From the NCBI GenBank assembly GCA_951406725.2, contig OX597824.1, positions 67,146,001 through 67,210,000 of the forward strand: DNA of 64,000 bases, given 5' to 3'. Every line of letters starts with the position of its first letter. Position 1 is the first letter of the stretch. The DNA is from Octopus vulgaris (lineage: Eukaryota). The translations under genes were made by a program, and so were the position numbers. Shown one piece after another: positions 41,815 to 55,082 of this stretch. The notes below the pieces were generated by a model. The model was given only the letters and a program-made list of their open reading frames with translations. It made no database searches and was not told the DNA's origin.

Positions 41815-42049
41815 GAGTTCAGTCCTACCGCATGGTATTTTAGGCCAATGTCTTTCACACTCCCAGGTTGACCAATGCTTTGTATGGGAATTTGGTAGAG
41901 GGAAACTGTATGAAAGCTCACCGTGTCGCAGGCGTGCCTGTGTGGTAAGAAGCTTGCTTCCGGTATAGCGTTTTGTTTAGTTCGACTGTCTTTGTGAATA
42001 ACACACGTGTGTTTTAGTTGTCTTGGCGGTTCGATGTTTTTCCTCTTGG

Positions 42050-43512
42050 TTAATGGAGGGGCGTCGTATGATGAATTGTGAGGATTTAAATCATTCTTCT
42101 TCAGAATTTGTGTCGCGTGAGGAAGAAATGGTGAAATGTTTGAACAAGATTGACGCAGTAATAGAAACAAGGAATCACGCTGTAGCGGCAAAGGGAAAAA
42201 TTGAAGACATAAGTCTGGAAGAGCTGAGCAAGTTCAAGGAAATATTTAAAAGGGAAGGGAACGACTTGAAAGTGTTTCCCGCAAAACAAGTGTTAAAGGA
42301 TAAAAGGATAAGGAAGAGAGAACGATTGTTTACAGGACATATGTGGTGGCAACAAGAAAAATAGAAGTGGTGTCGGAGGCACAAGTTGAAAAGAAGTTGG
42401 GGCCAGTCTGGCAAGAGATATCCTACCTTGCCAGGGGAAGAAAGTATGGAACGGTGGAAATGCAGTTTCGGAGATAGCTACCGCCAGACTGCACTCAGCC
42501 ACACCATTAAAAACCGAAGAAGTGGTGCTTCTACTCGTATACCTTGGGAGACGTGCTTCCAGGGTTAGGGTAGAAGACATGCCACCAGAAGTGAATGTAA
42601 CCTGGCTGGTGGCTGCCATACTGCTAGGCATGGAAGAAACGGTGGTGGTCCTGCAGGTCACCAGAACACCCTATAGAAACTGGTAAGGGCAGAGTCTGGA
42701 CATAGTGGTACAGATTAACCCAGAAGATATTGAAAGTATGGTGGAGACAATCACGGTCGCAGACGTGACGCTGAAAGTCAGCGTGGAAGGGAGGATTCCG
42801 TGGTGCTATGAATGTGACCATTTATAGCACCACGGATTGTCCTCAACCACCTGTGAAGGCTAGGGAAAGGCAAGAGAGTGAGAAGATGGTTGATGCTCCA
42901 CTGCCCGTGGAGGCTGAGGAAAAGCGCGAGAAGGAGAGTGAAGCGGCACCACAGACAAAGACCAGTACCAGCGTCGAGGAAGAGGAGGTAAACACCAGCT
43001 GGGAAACGGCGGGAAAAAAGAGAAGGAAAAGGAGAAAGAGGACACACGTGGTAAAGGACGACCCCCCCCCCCCCCAAAAAAAAAAACCACACCCACTCGG
43101 CTCCCACCCACAGCCACTCTATCCCAACCACCCCCTACAGACACCAACCCTCCTATATACCCCGCCTGGCATAAACACAAACACAAACACACAGGAGCCC
43201 CAAATCTCCCCACCCCGGCCCATGGATAAATTTGTTATATTATATAACAGGAATAAAGAAGAACTTTGCAACGAGATAAAGACATGGGTCAAAGCAATAG
43301 AAGTGGACATAACAAGGGTAGGAGGGTTGCCCGAAGACGTTTTCTGTGCAGTGGTGGATCCGGAGTACCTCTCAAGATTAATAAATTACGAAGACACTGA
43401 TTTCGATTGGTGGGTTACAAAAATGGACCCCAGCAAAATACCTAAAAGGGTAAGTTATGCTTACATTTTAAAGGAACTGGACATAGACATTTTCCAAAAA
43501 AGTGGAAACTAG
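42050..43512 (+). mobile_element. Disrupted ORF1/gag-like region of a non-LTR (Tx1/L1-like) retroelement
   Basis: Fragments VRVEDMPPEV..WLVAAIL, LKVSVEGRIPWCYEC (start of a zinc knuckle) and a basic WETAGKKRRKR stretch. Stops and frameshifts present; no RT follows. Confidence 0.55.
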
Positions 43513-44688
43513 CTGTCACAAAGACATTATCAATGGTAGTTAATGTTTTTTAAAGAAAAGGTTGTATTAACAGGTTCAATGAAGTCGCTCGGAGGTGGGG
43601 CCGAATGGCTGCATTCCATTTTTTCATTATATTCAATTCATCTCTTCCATTCGTTTTGTTTTTTTGTCCTCACCTTGTGCTGTCGTCCCCTCTATGTATG
43701 GCCTTCGTGCCCAATTTCATGGAATAAAGAGGCTTGCTTCCCAGCCACACGGTTCCGGGTTCAGTCCAACTGCGTGGCACTTTGGGCAAGTGTCTTCTAC
43801 TTTAGTCTCGGGCCGACCAAAGCTTCGCAAGTGGATTTGGTCGACGGAAACTGAAAGAAGCCCGTCGTATATATATATCTTTTAAATGTGTTTACTTGAA
43901 ACGTTTTGAATATGCAAATAAAGCTCATATTCCATTATGCCACCACAGTCTAATGATGCTGACTGGTGAACCAGATTTTTGGGGATGCATCAAGCTGCAC
44001 CGATATAATGTAAGATAAATATAGTAATAATAACAATAATCCTTGGATAGGATTTATAAACATTTAGTGCATCGCTATGCACTTTTCCACAAATCACGTC
44101 TCTTAAAATCACTTTCCATATTCCTAGGATGATTACAGCATAGTCCGTAGTATCTGTGGTCATCAGATTGATCATCTTCATGGATTCATTTCTTCAGGCG
44201 AGATAACATTAATGGATGTTTAGCAGAAGGATGTTTATCTCTTTTGACCGTGGGCAACCCAATGCTCACGGATACTACGGACTACACGATAATCATCCCA
44301 GGAATACGGACTGTGATCTTAAGAGACATGTGATTTGTGGAAACGCTCGTAGTGATGCATTAAATGTTTATAAATTCCATCCAAGGATTATTGTTATTAT
44401 TACTATTTATATATATATGTGTGTGTCTGTGTGTCCCACTACCGCTTGACAACCAGTGTTGGTGTGTTTACGGCCCGTAAATTAGCGGTTCGGGTAAAGT
44501 AACTGATAGAATAAGTACTAGAATTTTAAAAAAATATTGAGGCCAACTAAAAATTCTTCAAGGCGGTGCCCCAGCATGGCCACAGTCTAAGAACTGAAAC
44601 TTCCCTTCTTTCCTGAGCGTCAAATAATACTTTAATTGTTCCACGTCCTCGCGTTGCTGTGTTTTTTTCTGTGTTTTCTTGTTTGGAT

Positions 44689-44731
<43 letters not shown>

Positions 44732-44737
44732 TTTACT

Positions 44738-44945
44738 TTATTTAAAGCAGCAGAAAATTCAACAAAACCTGTTACTCTGAGTTTCCCGTTGCCGTTCATC
44801 GGACAGTTCCGATGAACGGCAACGGGAAACTCAGAGTAACAGGTTTTGTTGAATTTTCTGCTGCTTTAAATAACGTATATTACTCTACCACTGGTATTTG
44901 AGTACTCTTTTTTTCCACTTTGTTTCACATTTATGTGTTTACTCC

Positions 44946-44948
<3 letters not shown>
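44738..44948. mobile_element. Perfect 66-bp-arm foldback with hammerhead motif plus a one-sided tail, between (TA)n tracts
   Basis: 44738-44803 is the exact reverse complement of 44808-44873 (loop cagt). Confidence 0.85.
44769..44806 (-). ncRNA. Minimal hammerhead variant (C4 core)
   Basis: cugu-CCGAUGA-a-cg(gcaa)cg-g-GAAA-cucagaGUA-acag: stem I cugu/acag, short GNRA-capped stem II. Confidence 0.6.
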
Positions 44949-45010
<62 letters not shown>

Positions 45011-45021
45011 TAGGCCTGATC

Positions 45022-45068
<47 letters not shown>

Positions 45069-45126
45069 TGTATGTATGTGTATGTATGCATGTATGTATG
45101 TATATATATGTACGTATGTATGTATG

Positions 45127-45162
<36 letters not shown>

Positions 45163-45166
<4 letters not shown>

Positions 45167-45438
45167 CTTCTCTTGCATTCTACTGTCTTTGAAAGAACTT
45201 TTTCTTCACCCATTCCCTTCCGGTCATTCAAAATGTGACTGCGTGTGTATCGTTGGCGATTTTTTTTCCTCCGTCTTTCCTTTCTCGGATCTTTCTTTTT
45301 CCTATGTTTCTGACGAAGAGCTCCGCTCGAAACGTTAAATCCTCCTTCTTTCTTTCCTTTCAATAGCGTCCAACAACACTATCCTTGTTCCACGTCCTCG
45401 CGTTGTTGTGTTTTCTCTTTGTGTTTTCATGTTTGGAT

Positions 45439-45442
<4 letters not shown>
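45163..45442 (+). mobile_element. Penelope-like pLTR-type element between (TA)n tracts (partial sibling at ~44601-44692)
   Basis: Contains a hammerhead. Its 3' part (ttgttccacgtcctcgcgttg...gtttggattaac-(TA)n) is repeated at 44637-44692. Confidence 0.7.
45307..45339 (+). ncRNA. Minimal hammerhead ribozyme motif
   Basis: uuu-CUGACGA-a-gagc(ucc)gcuc-GAAA-cguu-aaa: canonical core, all stems pair. Confidence 0.75.
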
Positions 45443-45503
<61 letters not shown>

Positions 45504-45967
45504 ATATGTATGTGTGCGCGCGCGCATGTCTTTTTGCTTGTCATTCCCGCTTTATGCAACCGTAATCCAATGATTGAAACAAATAAAATATACAATATTG
45601 AAGCATTTAGTGACAATATAAATCATTAGCTTAAATTCTGCCAAGAAAGGTAAGGGAAAAAAATTATTGCGCACCTTCCTTTTATTCGTACATGTTACGT
45701 TTTACTAAAACGTTTTATACCCGCTAGAAATAGATCGCTCTCTACTATTTTCAAACAGCGGCAAGGATCAAACACTAAAACTATTCCATCGAGAATAAAT
45801 CACCCTGTTTTAATAGATTTAGCAACTGGTGAATGGGGAAAATTTTGCAACATACTAGGAAATTTTGCAGCATACGAACTGATTCAGTATAAGAATTTTA
45901 TCTATTTTCAAGCCTTACCCCATCACTCTAAACAATTTTGGGATTAATGCCAGAGCTCCACAACTAT

Positions 45968-45986
45968 AGATATATGATAGATGGAC

Positions 45987-46061
<75 letters not shown>

Positions 46062-46644
46062 AAATACCGGGGCGATAAAAGGAGAGAAAAATAACGTGTG
46101 ATGGAAAAGAAGAGATAAAAAGCAAGGAATTGGTTTGGACTGAGAAAAATAGGCTAATCAATAGTCGTAACTTAGAGAATAGGAGATGGAAAGAAAGAAG
46201 GAATATTTTAAGGGAGAGGTGTGTAGAGTGAAAGAGTGAGAGAGAGAAAGAGAGAGAGAGAGGAGGATGAGAGAGAGGAGGATGAGAGAGAGAGAGAGAG
46301 AGAGGGGATGAGAGAGAGAGGATGATACATAGATAAGTTAGGGAGACAAGAAAAGGAAAATTGATTGATAGAAATATATAAATGGGAAATACAGAAAAGA
46401 ATACTCCCAAAGAGTGAATGAATGGGAGAGAGAAAGAGAGCGCAATTGTCAGTGAGAAAGGGGGAGAAGGAAAGGGGTGAGGGAGAGCCAGTAGAACGAA
46501 ATATTACAGAGAGAGGATGAAAGAATTTTAAGAGATTAATAAAGATTGGGAGATGAAGGGAAGTTGGGGGGGGGTCTAGTCGAATCAGAGGGAAATGAAT
46601 ATTGTAAAGCAAGAAAAAACGAAAGAGACATAAAGGATATTTGG

Positions 46645-46681
<37 letters not shown>

Positions 46682-46722
46682 TAGAGATAGACAGACAGCT
46701 AGATAGATAGATAGATAGATAA

Positions 46723-46760
<38 letters not shown>
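45968..46760. repeat. (GATA)n and (GA)n purine-rich simple-repeat region (also 47215-47320, 47675-47712, 961-1068)
   Basis: Directly visible. Confidence 0.9.
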
Positions 46761-46764
<4 letters not shown>

Positions 46765-47240
46765 GGAAGGGGGGAAGCGAAATATATCAGCATAAGATCA
46801 GCCCTGCTCCAACAGAATTGTGGTCAAAAGGTGGTCCAGCCTTGGCCATCTAGTCTTTGTATATGAAGGATTACAATATCCAAAATACCCTTCTTATTGT
46901 TGTTTAGCTCTGGGACAGTACTGGGCGAGCAAACCTATGATCAAAGGCGACCACCCGTTTTCTTTATTCTTGGCATACAGTTGGATTATATTATTACGTG
47001 TGCCCTTCTGTTTTTTAGGAGTGTGATTTGCGGAAGATTTGGTTGGTCTTTTTAGTTTGTCAAGTCGGTCGCTTAAAGATTTTTCCTTTTTGGTCAGAGT
47101 ATCTTTATATATATATAAAAAGAGTGTTATTTGAATGTGAATTGGCTTTTATGACTAGTAGGTCAAACGACCACGTAGGCTCGGGGATTTCACATATACA
47201 CACGCACACAAGCACAGATAGACAGACAGATAGGCAGATG

Positions 47241-47320
<80 letters not shown>

Positions 47321-47521
47321 TACTTGTATAGAGTGTAGATAGGCAGGGCAAAATCCCAGCTGTTTTTGTTACATTTGCTTATATAGCTATTACATGCATA
47401 CATACATACAGTATATATATGCATATATATATACATAAACATACATACAGTATATATATACATATATATATATATACATATATTTGTGTGTATATATAGG
47501 TATAATATGCATATAGTATAC

Positions 47522-47562
<41 letters not shown>

Positions 47563-47669
47563 TATATATATATATATACATACATACATACATAGATGTG
47601 TGTGTGAGTGTGTGTGAAGGAAGTAAAAGGAATTAGGTGTGTGCATTAAAAGATTAGAGAGTGAAAGAG

Positions 47670-47715
<46 letters not shown>

Positions 47716-49259
47716 GGATAATTAGATAGAGAGGAATTAGAAAGTGACATATGGGGTAGAGGAAAAAAAGAGATATAGTAAGATACAGGGAGTGACAGTG
47801 AGAGTGTGTAGAAAGGTGAAAGGGGATTGTTGAAAGACCAGAGAGTGATACAATACAGGCAAGATGGAGTCGTTGTGAGTGAACATGTGTCGTCGCTGCA
47901 TTAACATGGTGCAGTTGACAGTTCCCCTCGACCCGACTGGGATCATTTACAGGAGGAAAACAGATCATATATTTGGGAGGTGATTTAAAACTTTTATAGA
48001 GTCACAAGTTTATTTTTTGTGCGTACGCACGCACACACACGCACATAGATTACACATTCATGTCTATACACATCCTTTTTCTCTCATATACTCATTCATA
48101 CGTATATATATATGTGTGTGTAATATATGTATATGTGTATGTATATAAATATGTGTATTATGCGTGTGTATTTATATAAATATATGTATTATACGTGTCT
48201 ATGTATTTAAATATATGTATTATATATGTATATAAATATGCATGTATATTTATGTGTATGTGTGTAAATGTATATGTATGTATCTATCTATGTGTGTGTG
48301 TATATATATAATACTCGTATATATATATGTGTGCGTGTATGTATAATATACGCACATATATGCGTGTGTGTGTGTGTATGTATGTGAATATATGTAATTA
48401 TAGGTTATAGAATTGTCAAAAATTATTCAAGACGCCATTCGATGTTCGGTTATTTTCGGGGTGGACGAATTATGACTTTTATTTATTTTCTGACGGGTGG
48501 AAATTCCAAAACAAAATTTTTTTCTGACTGACGGGGGAAAAAAATTTACATATGAAGAAAATGGTTACAAGAAATAAATCAATATAATGTGTATTGAAAA
48601 GAAAACAACCAAACTTAGTTAAGTCAATGAAAATTTCTATAATTTGAAGTCCATTTCTGCAGACTTTCGAAGTAGAAACTTTAATGTATTTATATTTTCT
48701 GGAGGAATAGTATGCCTTTTATTTATGTATCGTATTTGAAAATATTTTATTTTCATCGATGCCAACGATTGACTAATCTATTTTCCTCCCTGCACTTAAC
48801 CCAAAAATATCCCGTCTAAATTCTTCCAGTCACTGAAGGGGTCTTGCAGGAGAAACACATGAAATAAAATATATTAAATAAAGATGGGTTTCGAAAATGT
48901 CTAAAAAAAAAATGCTGTCCTTTTTTTACCCCTTCCTACTCAAACTTCGCGTTTATTAGCAAAATATTAGCAAGTTTCTTAAGTCATGGGATATCTACAT
49001 TTATACAGAGACACTGTAAATAACAGAATTTCATTTATTCTCGGAAAGAGAAAATTCTATCATATTCGTATTATTAACATCACAATAAGACAGTAAGATA
49101 AAGAAAAGAGCGTGTGATTAAAACTAAATCATCATGTTCTCATTTAAATTTTTAATTTGGATCACACCCAAATCAACATATAGATTCAGGAATATATTAA
49201 CAAAACACACATATAAAACAACCAGATATAAAAGAGACACAAACGTATAAACAAAGCGA

Positions 49260-49752
49260 ATTCGCTGGTGGAATCGATGTTCGACGGGCGCAGTAGGTTC
49301 GTTGCGCTAATTCTGTATAAAATTTTTGTTTACAAACATGTCACGTTCAATGTTGAAAGAAGAAATAGATTGCGCTTTTTAATCGCGTGCCAAGTTGAAA
49401 TCCTGCTAGCAATTGATATTTATAACACTATTGATATGCTAGTTGTTGAATCGACTATACCTCTTGCCTATTAAAAGTAAAAGCAATATTAATATATATA
49501 TTTAAAAAAAGAAAAAAAAAAACGAAACAATTTAGCTCTTAATTTATTATACACCACAAACATCTGTAATACATCTCAAATATCATTACTCTGCAGTAAA
49601 TATTTACAAGGCGATCACCACTTCTGATTTTTAAATTAGCTGTTTATATAGAAAGAAAATTCCTTCATTTATAGACGTTTCTCCAGACTTCATTCTGTGA
49701 TGCGCCTAGACACATCAGCTGTTTTCTTGTGATCATTGAGTGTTTAGGTTCT
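49260..49752 (+). promoter_or_regulatory. Candidate promoter / 5'-UTR exon region of the plus-strand gene
   Basis: Locally CpG-rich unique sequence (49260-49390) at the right edge of the CpG-retaining domain. Possible small exon 49675-49752 (atttatAG ... GTATGT). Confidence 0.25.
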
Positions 49753-49755
49753 GTA

Positions 49756-49794
<39 letters not shown>

Positions 49795-49845
49795 GTGTAT
49801 GTATGTATGTATATATATATATATATATATATGTGTGTATGTATG

Positions 49846-49882
<37 letters not shown>

Positions 49883-49895
49883 ATATGTATGTATG

Positions 49896-49926
<31 letters not shown>

Positions 49927-49941
49927 GTGTATGTATGTATG

Positions 49942-49976
<35 letters not shown>

Positions 49977-50025
49977 GTGTATGTATATATATATATATAT
50001 GTATGTATGTGTATGTATGTGTATG

Positions 50026-50056
<31 letters not shown>

Positions 50057-50071
50057 GTATGTATGTGTATG

Positions 50072-50104
<33 letters not shown>

Positions 50105-50191
50105 ATGTATGTATATATGTATGTATGTATGTATATATATGTATGTATGTGTATGTATGTATGTATATATATATGTATGTATGTATGTATG

Positions 50192-50224
<33 letters not shown>

Positions 50225-50473
50225 ATGTGTATGTATGTATGTATGTATATATATATGTATGTATGTATGTATGTGTATGTATATATATATGTATGTATAT
50301 ATATATATATATGTATGTATGTATATATATATATATATATATATGTGTGTATGTATGTATGTGTATGTATATATATATATGTATGTATGTATGTATATAT
50401 ATATATATATATATATGTGTATGTATGTATGTGTATGTATATATATATATATATGTATGTATGTATGTGTATG

Positions 50474-50504
<31 letters not shown>

Positions 50505-50521
50505 GTGTATGTATGTGTATG

Positions 50522-50552
<31 letters not shown>

Positions 50553-50557
50553 GTATG

Positions 50558-50590
<33 letters not shown>

Positions 50591-50595
50591 GTATG

Positions 50596-50626
<31 letters not shown>

Positions 50627-50631
50627 GTATG

Positions 50632-50664
<33 letters not shown>

Positions 50665-50709
50665 GTATGTATATATATATATATATGTGTGTATGTATGT
50701 ATGTGTATG

Positions 50710-50742
<33 letters not shown>

Positions 50743-50837
50743 GTATATGTATATATATATATATATATATGTATGTGTATGTATATATATATGTATGTAT
50801 GTGTATGTATATATATATATATATATATGTATGTGTA

Positions 50838-50886
<49 letters not shown>

Positions 50887-50959
50887 GTATGTATATATAT
50901 GTATATATATATATATGTATGTATGTATGTGTATGTGTATGTATGTATGTATGTGTATG

Positions 50960-50994
<35 letters not shown>

Positions 50995-51000
50995 GTGTAT

Positions 51001-51032
<32 letters not shown>

Positions 51033-51035
51033 ATG

Positions 51036-51068
<33 letters not shown>

Positions 51069-51075
51069 GTGTATG

Positions 51076-51110
<35 letters not shown>

Positions 51111-51115
51111 GTGTA

Positions 51116-51146
<31 letters not shown>

Positions 51147-51187
51147 GTATGTGTATATATATATATATATATGTATGTATGTGTATG

Positions 51188-51218
<31 letters not shown>

Positions 51219-51335
51219 GTATGTATATATGTATGTATGTATGTGTATGTATATATATATATATATGTATGTATGTGTATGTATATATATATATATATAT
51301 GTATGTATGTGTATGTATATATATACATGTATATA

Positions 51336-51370
<35 letters not shown>

Positions 51371-51529
51371 GTATGTATATATATATATATGTATGTATGT
51401 ATGTGTATGTATATATATATGTATGTATGTATGTATGTGTATGTATATATATATATATGTATGTATGTATGTGTATGTATATATATATATATGTATGTAT
51501 GTATGTGTATGTATATATGTGTATGTGTA

Positions 51530-51574
<45 letters not shown>

Positions 51575-51707
51575 GTATGTATATATATATATATATGTAT
51601 GTATGTGTATGTATATATATATATATATGTATGTATGTGTATGTATATATATATATATATGTATGTATGTGTATGTATATATATATATATATGTATGTAT
51701 GTGTATG

Positions 51708-51738
<31 letters not shown>

Positions 51739-51743
51739 GTATG

Positions 51744-51776
<33 letters not shown>

Positions 51777-51781
51777 GTATG

Positions 51782-51812
<31 letters not shown>

Positions 51813-51885
51813 GTATGTATATATATATATATATATGTATGTATGTGTATGTATGTATATATATATATATGTATGTATGTATGTG

Positions 51886-51930
<45 letters not shown>

Positions 51931-51969
51931 GTATGTATATATATATATATGTATGTATGTATGTGTATG

Positions 51970-52000
<31 letters not shown>

Positions 52001-52117
52001 GTGTATGTATATATATATATATGTATGTATGTATGTGTATGTATGTATATATATATATGTATGTATGTATGTGTATGTATGTATGTATATATATGTATGT
52101 ATGTATGTATGTGTATG

Positions 52118-52152
<35 letters not shown>

Positions 52153-52157
52153 GTATG

Positions 52158-52192
<35 letters not shown>

Positions 52193-52197
52193 GTATG

Positions 52198-52230
<33 letters not shown>

Positions 52231-52232
52231 GT

Positions 52233-52263
<31 letters not shown>

Positions 52264-52473
52264 TATGTATATATATATATATATATGTATGTATGTGTAT
52301 ATATATATATATATATGTATGTATGTGTATGTATATATATATATATATGTATGTATGTATGTGTATGTATATATATATATGTATGTATGTATGTGTATGT
52401 ATGTATGTATATATATATATGTATGTATGTATGTATATATATGTATGTATGTATGTATGTGTTTGTATGTATG

Positions 52474-52505
<32 letters not shown>

Positions 52506-52889
52506 CGTATGTGTATGTATATATATATATATATATATATAACTATATATGTATGTATGTACGTATGTATATATATATATATAACTATATATGTATGTAT
52601 GTACGTATGTGTATGTATATATATATATATAACTATATATATATGTATGTACGTATGTGTATGTATATATATATATATAACTATATATATATGTATGTAC
52701 GTATGTGTATGTATATATATATATATAACTATATATATATGTATGTACGTATGTGTATGTATATATATATATATAACTATATATATATGTATGTACGTAT
52801 GTGTATGTATATATATATATATAACTATATGTATGTGTATGTATGTATAAATATATATATACACACACACACACATATATATATACACA
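49753..52889. repeat. ~3.1-kb compound (TA)n/(TATG)n/(TG)n microsatellite
   Basis: Directly visible. Recurrent unit gtatgtatgtgtatgt(at)n. Confidence 0.98.
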
Positions 52890-53169
52890 CGGCTAAATTT
52901 ACGTGGTTTTTTGTCTCCCGTCAGGAACAGCTTGATGTTTTAATGAACAGTTGGTGGCATAGGAGAACACAAATATTAAAATTGTTGTTGAGAAAAAGTT
53001 AGCTCTCATGGTGGACTGGAAAACATGTGAATATTGATTTCAAGGCCAGCAATTTCAGGTGACAAAATAAGTCAATTACATCGAACCTAGTGTTCAACTG
53101 GTACTTATTTTATCAAACCTAAAAGGATGAAAAGTAAAGTCAACCCCAGCAGGATTTGAACTAAGAACG

Positions 53170-53605
53170 AGGGTTGCTGTTGAAAGGCCATATGTCTGGC
53201 AGTTAGGATTCGGTCCTAGCCATGCATTCAAAAAGAGTCATAAGTGGTTGTTGGAGTATTTCTACTACTTCATCAGCCCCAATTTCTGGCTTCCTAATTC
53301 CCCTGATTTTAATCCCTTGGATTACTTTATGTGGTTTGCAGTTGAGAAAGACACTAATTACTTTGCCTGCTACAACAAGGCCTAGCTGGTGGCCAAGATC
53401 ATGGAGGTGTCTAAAGATCTCCCCAAGAACATAGTGTGGAGCACATGTGCCAGGTTCCAAAGCCATCTTGAGGCTGTGATGGAAGTTGAGGGCAGTTGCT
53501 TTGTGTAAACTGCTGTCACCCAGTCATAATGCAGTCGATATTTTTGGATGGGATAATATATTTTCTTTTCCTTTTTATGCAAACTTTCAAATTTAGCCTG
53601 AACAC
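53170..53605 (+). mobile_element. Tc1/mariner-family transposase 3' remnant
   Basis: 53281-53334 translates as NFWLPNSPDFNPLDYFMW (SPDLNPLD catalytic-Asp motif). Confidence 0.7.
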
Positions 53606-53626
53606 GTGTGTGTGTGTATATATATA

Positions 53627-54033
53627 TCATTATCGTTTAACGCCTGCTTTCCATGCTAGCATGGGTTGGACGATTTTGACTGAGAACTTGCGAACCAGAT
53701 GGCTGCACCAGTCTCCAGTCTGGCAGAGTTTCTACAGCTGGATGCCCTTCCTAACGCCAACCACTCCGAGAGTGTAGTGGGTGCTTTTTACGTGCCACCG
53801 GCACAGGGGCCAGTCGGCCAGTACTGGCAATGACCTCGCTCGAATCTTTTTATACATGCCACAAGCACAGGTGCCAGTAAGACGATGCTGGTAACGATCA
53901 CGCTTGAATGGTGCCCTTTTATGTGCCACTGGCACGGAAGCCAGTTAGCCGCTCTGGCAATGATCACGCTTGGATGGTGCTCTTGGCACCCTACTAGCAC
54001 GGGCACAAGTGCCAGTAAGGAGACGCTGGTAAC
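53627..54033 (-). mobile_element. Family-C SINE with RTE-like tail and internal ~50-bp repeats (siblings at 6856-7190, 11113-11430, 58654-58978)
   Basis: (cat)n-cgtttaacg..ccatgctagcatgggttggacg...ctacagctggatgcccttcctaacgccaacc, and repeated gtgctttttacgtgccaccggcac. Confidence 0.85.
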
Positions 54034-54072
54034 GATATATAAATATGAGATTTTATAACTAGCGATTTTGCT

Positions 54073-54137
<65 letters not shown>

Positions 54138-54510
54138 ATATATGTGTGTGTATATATGTATGTATATATATGTGTGTGTATATATATATGTATGTATATA
54201 TATGTGTGTGTATATATATATGTATGTATATATATGTGTGTGTATATATATATGTATGTATATATATGTGTGTGTATATATGTATGTATATATATGTGTG
54301 TGTATATATATATGTATGTATATATACATGTGTGTGTATATATATATATATATGTATATATATATAAGTGTGTATATATGTGTATGTGTGTGTATATATA
54401 TATATATGTGTAAGTGTGTATGTATATGTATACATGTATATATATATGTATATGTATGTACATGTGTGTGTATATATATATGTGTGTGTGTGTATGTATA
54501 TATGTAGATA
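54073..54510. repeat. Compound (TA)n/(TG)n microsatellite (also 29840-30087, 44949-45162, 47395-47612)
   Basis: Directly visible. Confidence 0.95.
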
Positions 54511-54514
54511 TATG

Positions 54515-55082
54515 AATTGAATTTGATGTCACTATCCTCATTTGCACCTCTCGCCATGAGGTAGGTTCATCTGGGACTCTCAACAGGAAGAGGTCCAGTT
54601 TTGATTTGAAAACACCTATATCCACTTTGTGTAGGCCCCTCAGGCTCTTTGGGAGAATATTAAAAAGCTGTGGGCCCCTGAAACCCAGGCTGTTGCAGTA
54701 ATTGGCTCTGAAGCGTGATGGCATTGCTGGGAGATTTGGTACTGTGCAGTGTTGACCCATTCTGGCATTGGTGTAGCTTTCAGTGCCAAAATTTGACATA
54801 ATTCCTTCCATGATCTTCCAGATGTATATTACTGCATACCTCTCCTGCCTTCACTCCAGGGAGCTGTTTCAGCCTTTCCCAGTAGCTGAGCTGTAGCAAT
54901 GAGACGATCTTCTTTGTGAAGCTTCACTGGATTGCTTCAAGTTCTGCTGTTAATTTTACACTGTTCGGTGACCATGGCTGGGAGCAGTAATCCAGGTGGC
55001 TAAGGACAAATGTCCTTCAGAGGACCATCATCGTTTCCTTATCTCTGGTTCTGAATGTTCTTAGGATCCAGCCAGCCAGTCG
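54515..55082 (-). mobile_element. CR1-type LINE 3' fragment, opposite orientation to the adjacent copy
   Basis: The minus strand encodes [37 protein letters not shown], homologous to the 56930-57070 region. Confidence 0.85.

Noticed and set aside
49665-53002. Five ORFs of 937-1081 aa rich in Y/I/V/C/M/H/T
   Set aside because: They are translations of an alternating purine-pyrimidine microsatellite that cannot contain stop codons. The same applies to the ORFs at 29763-30119, 44866-45629, 47155-47646 and 53788-54557.
53780-54033. Regularly spaced repeats resembling a CRISPR array
   Set aside because: They are internal tandem units of the family-C SINE in eukaryotic DNA. The spacers are related to each other and there are no cas genes.
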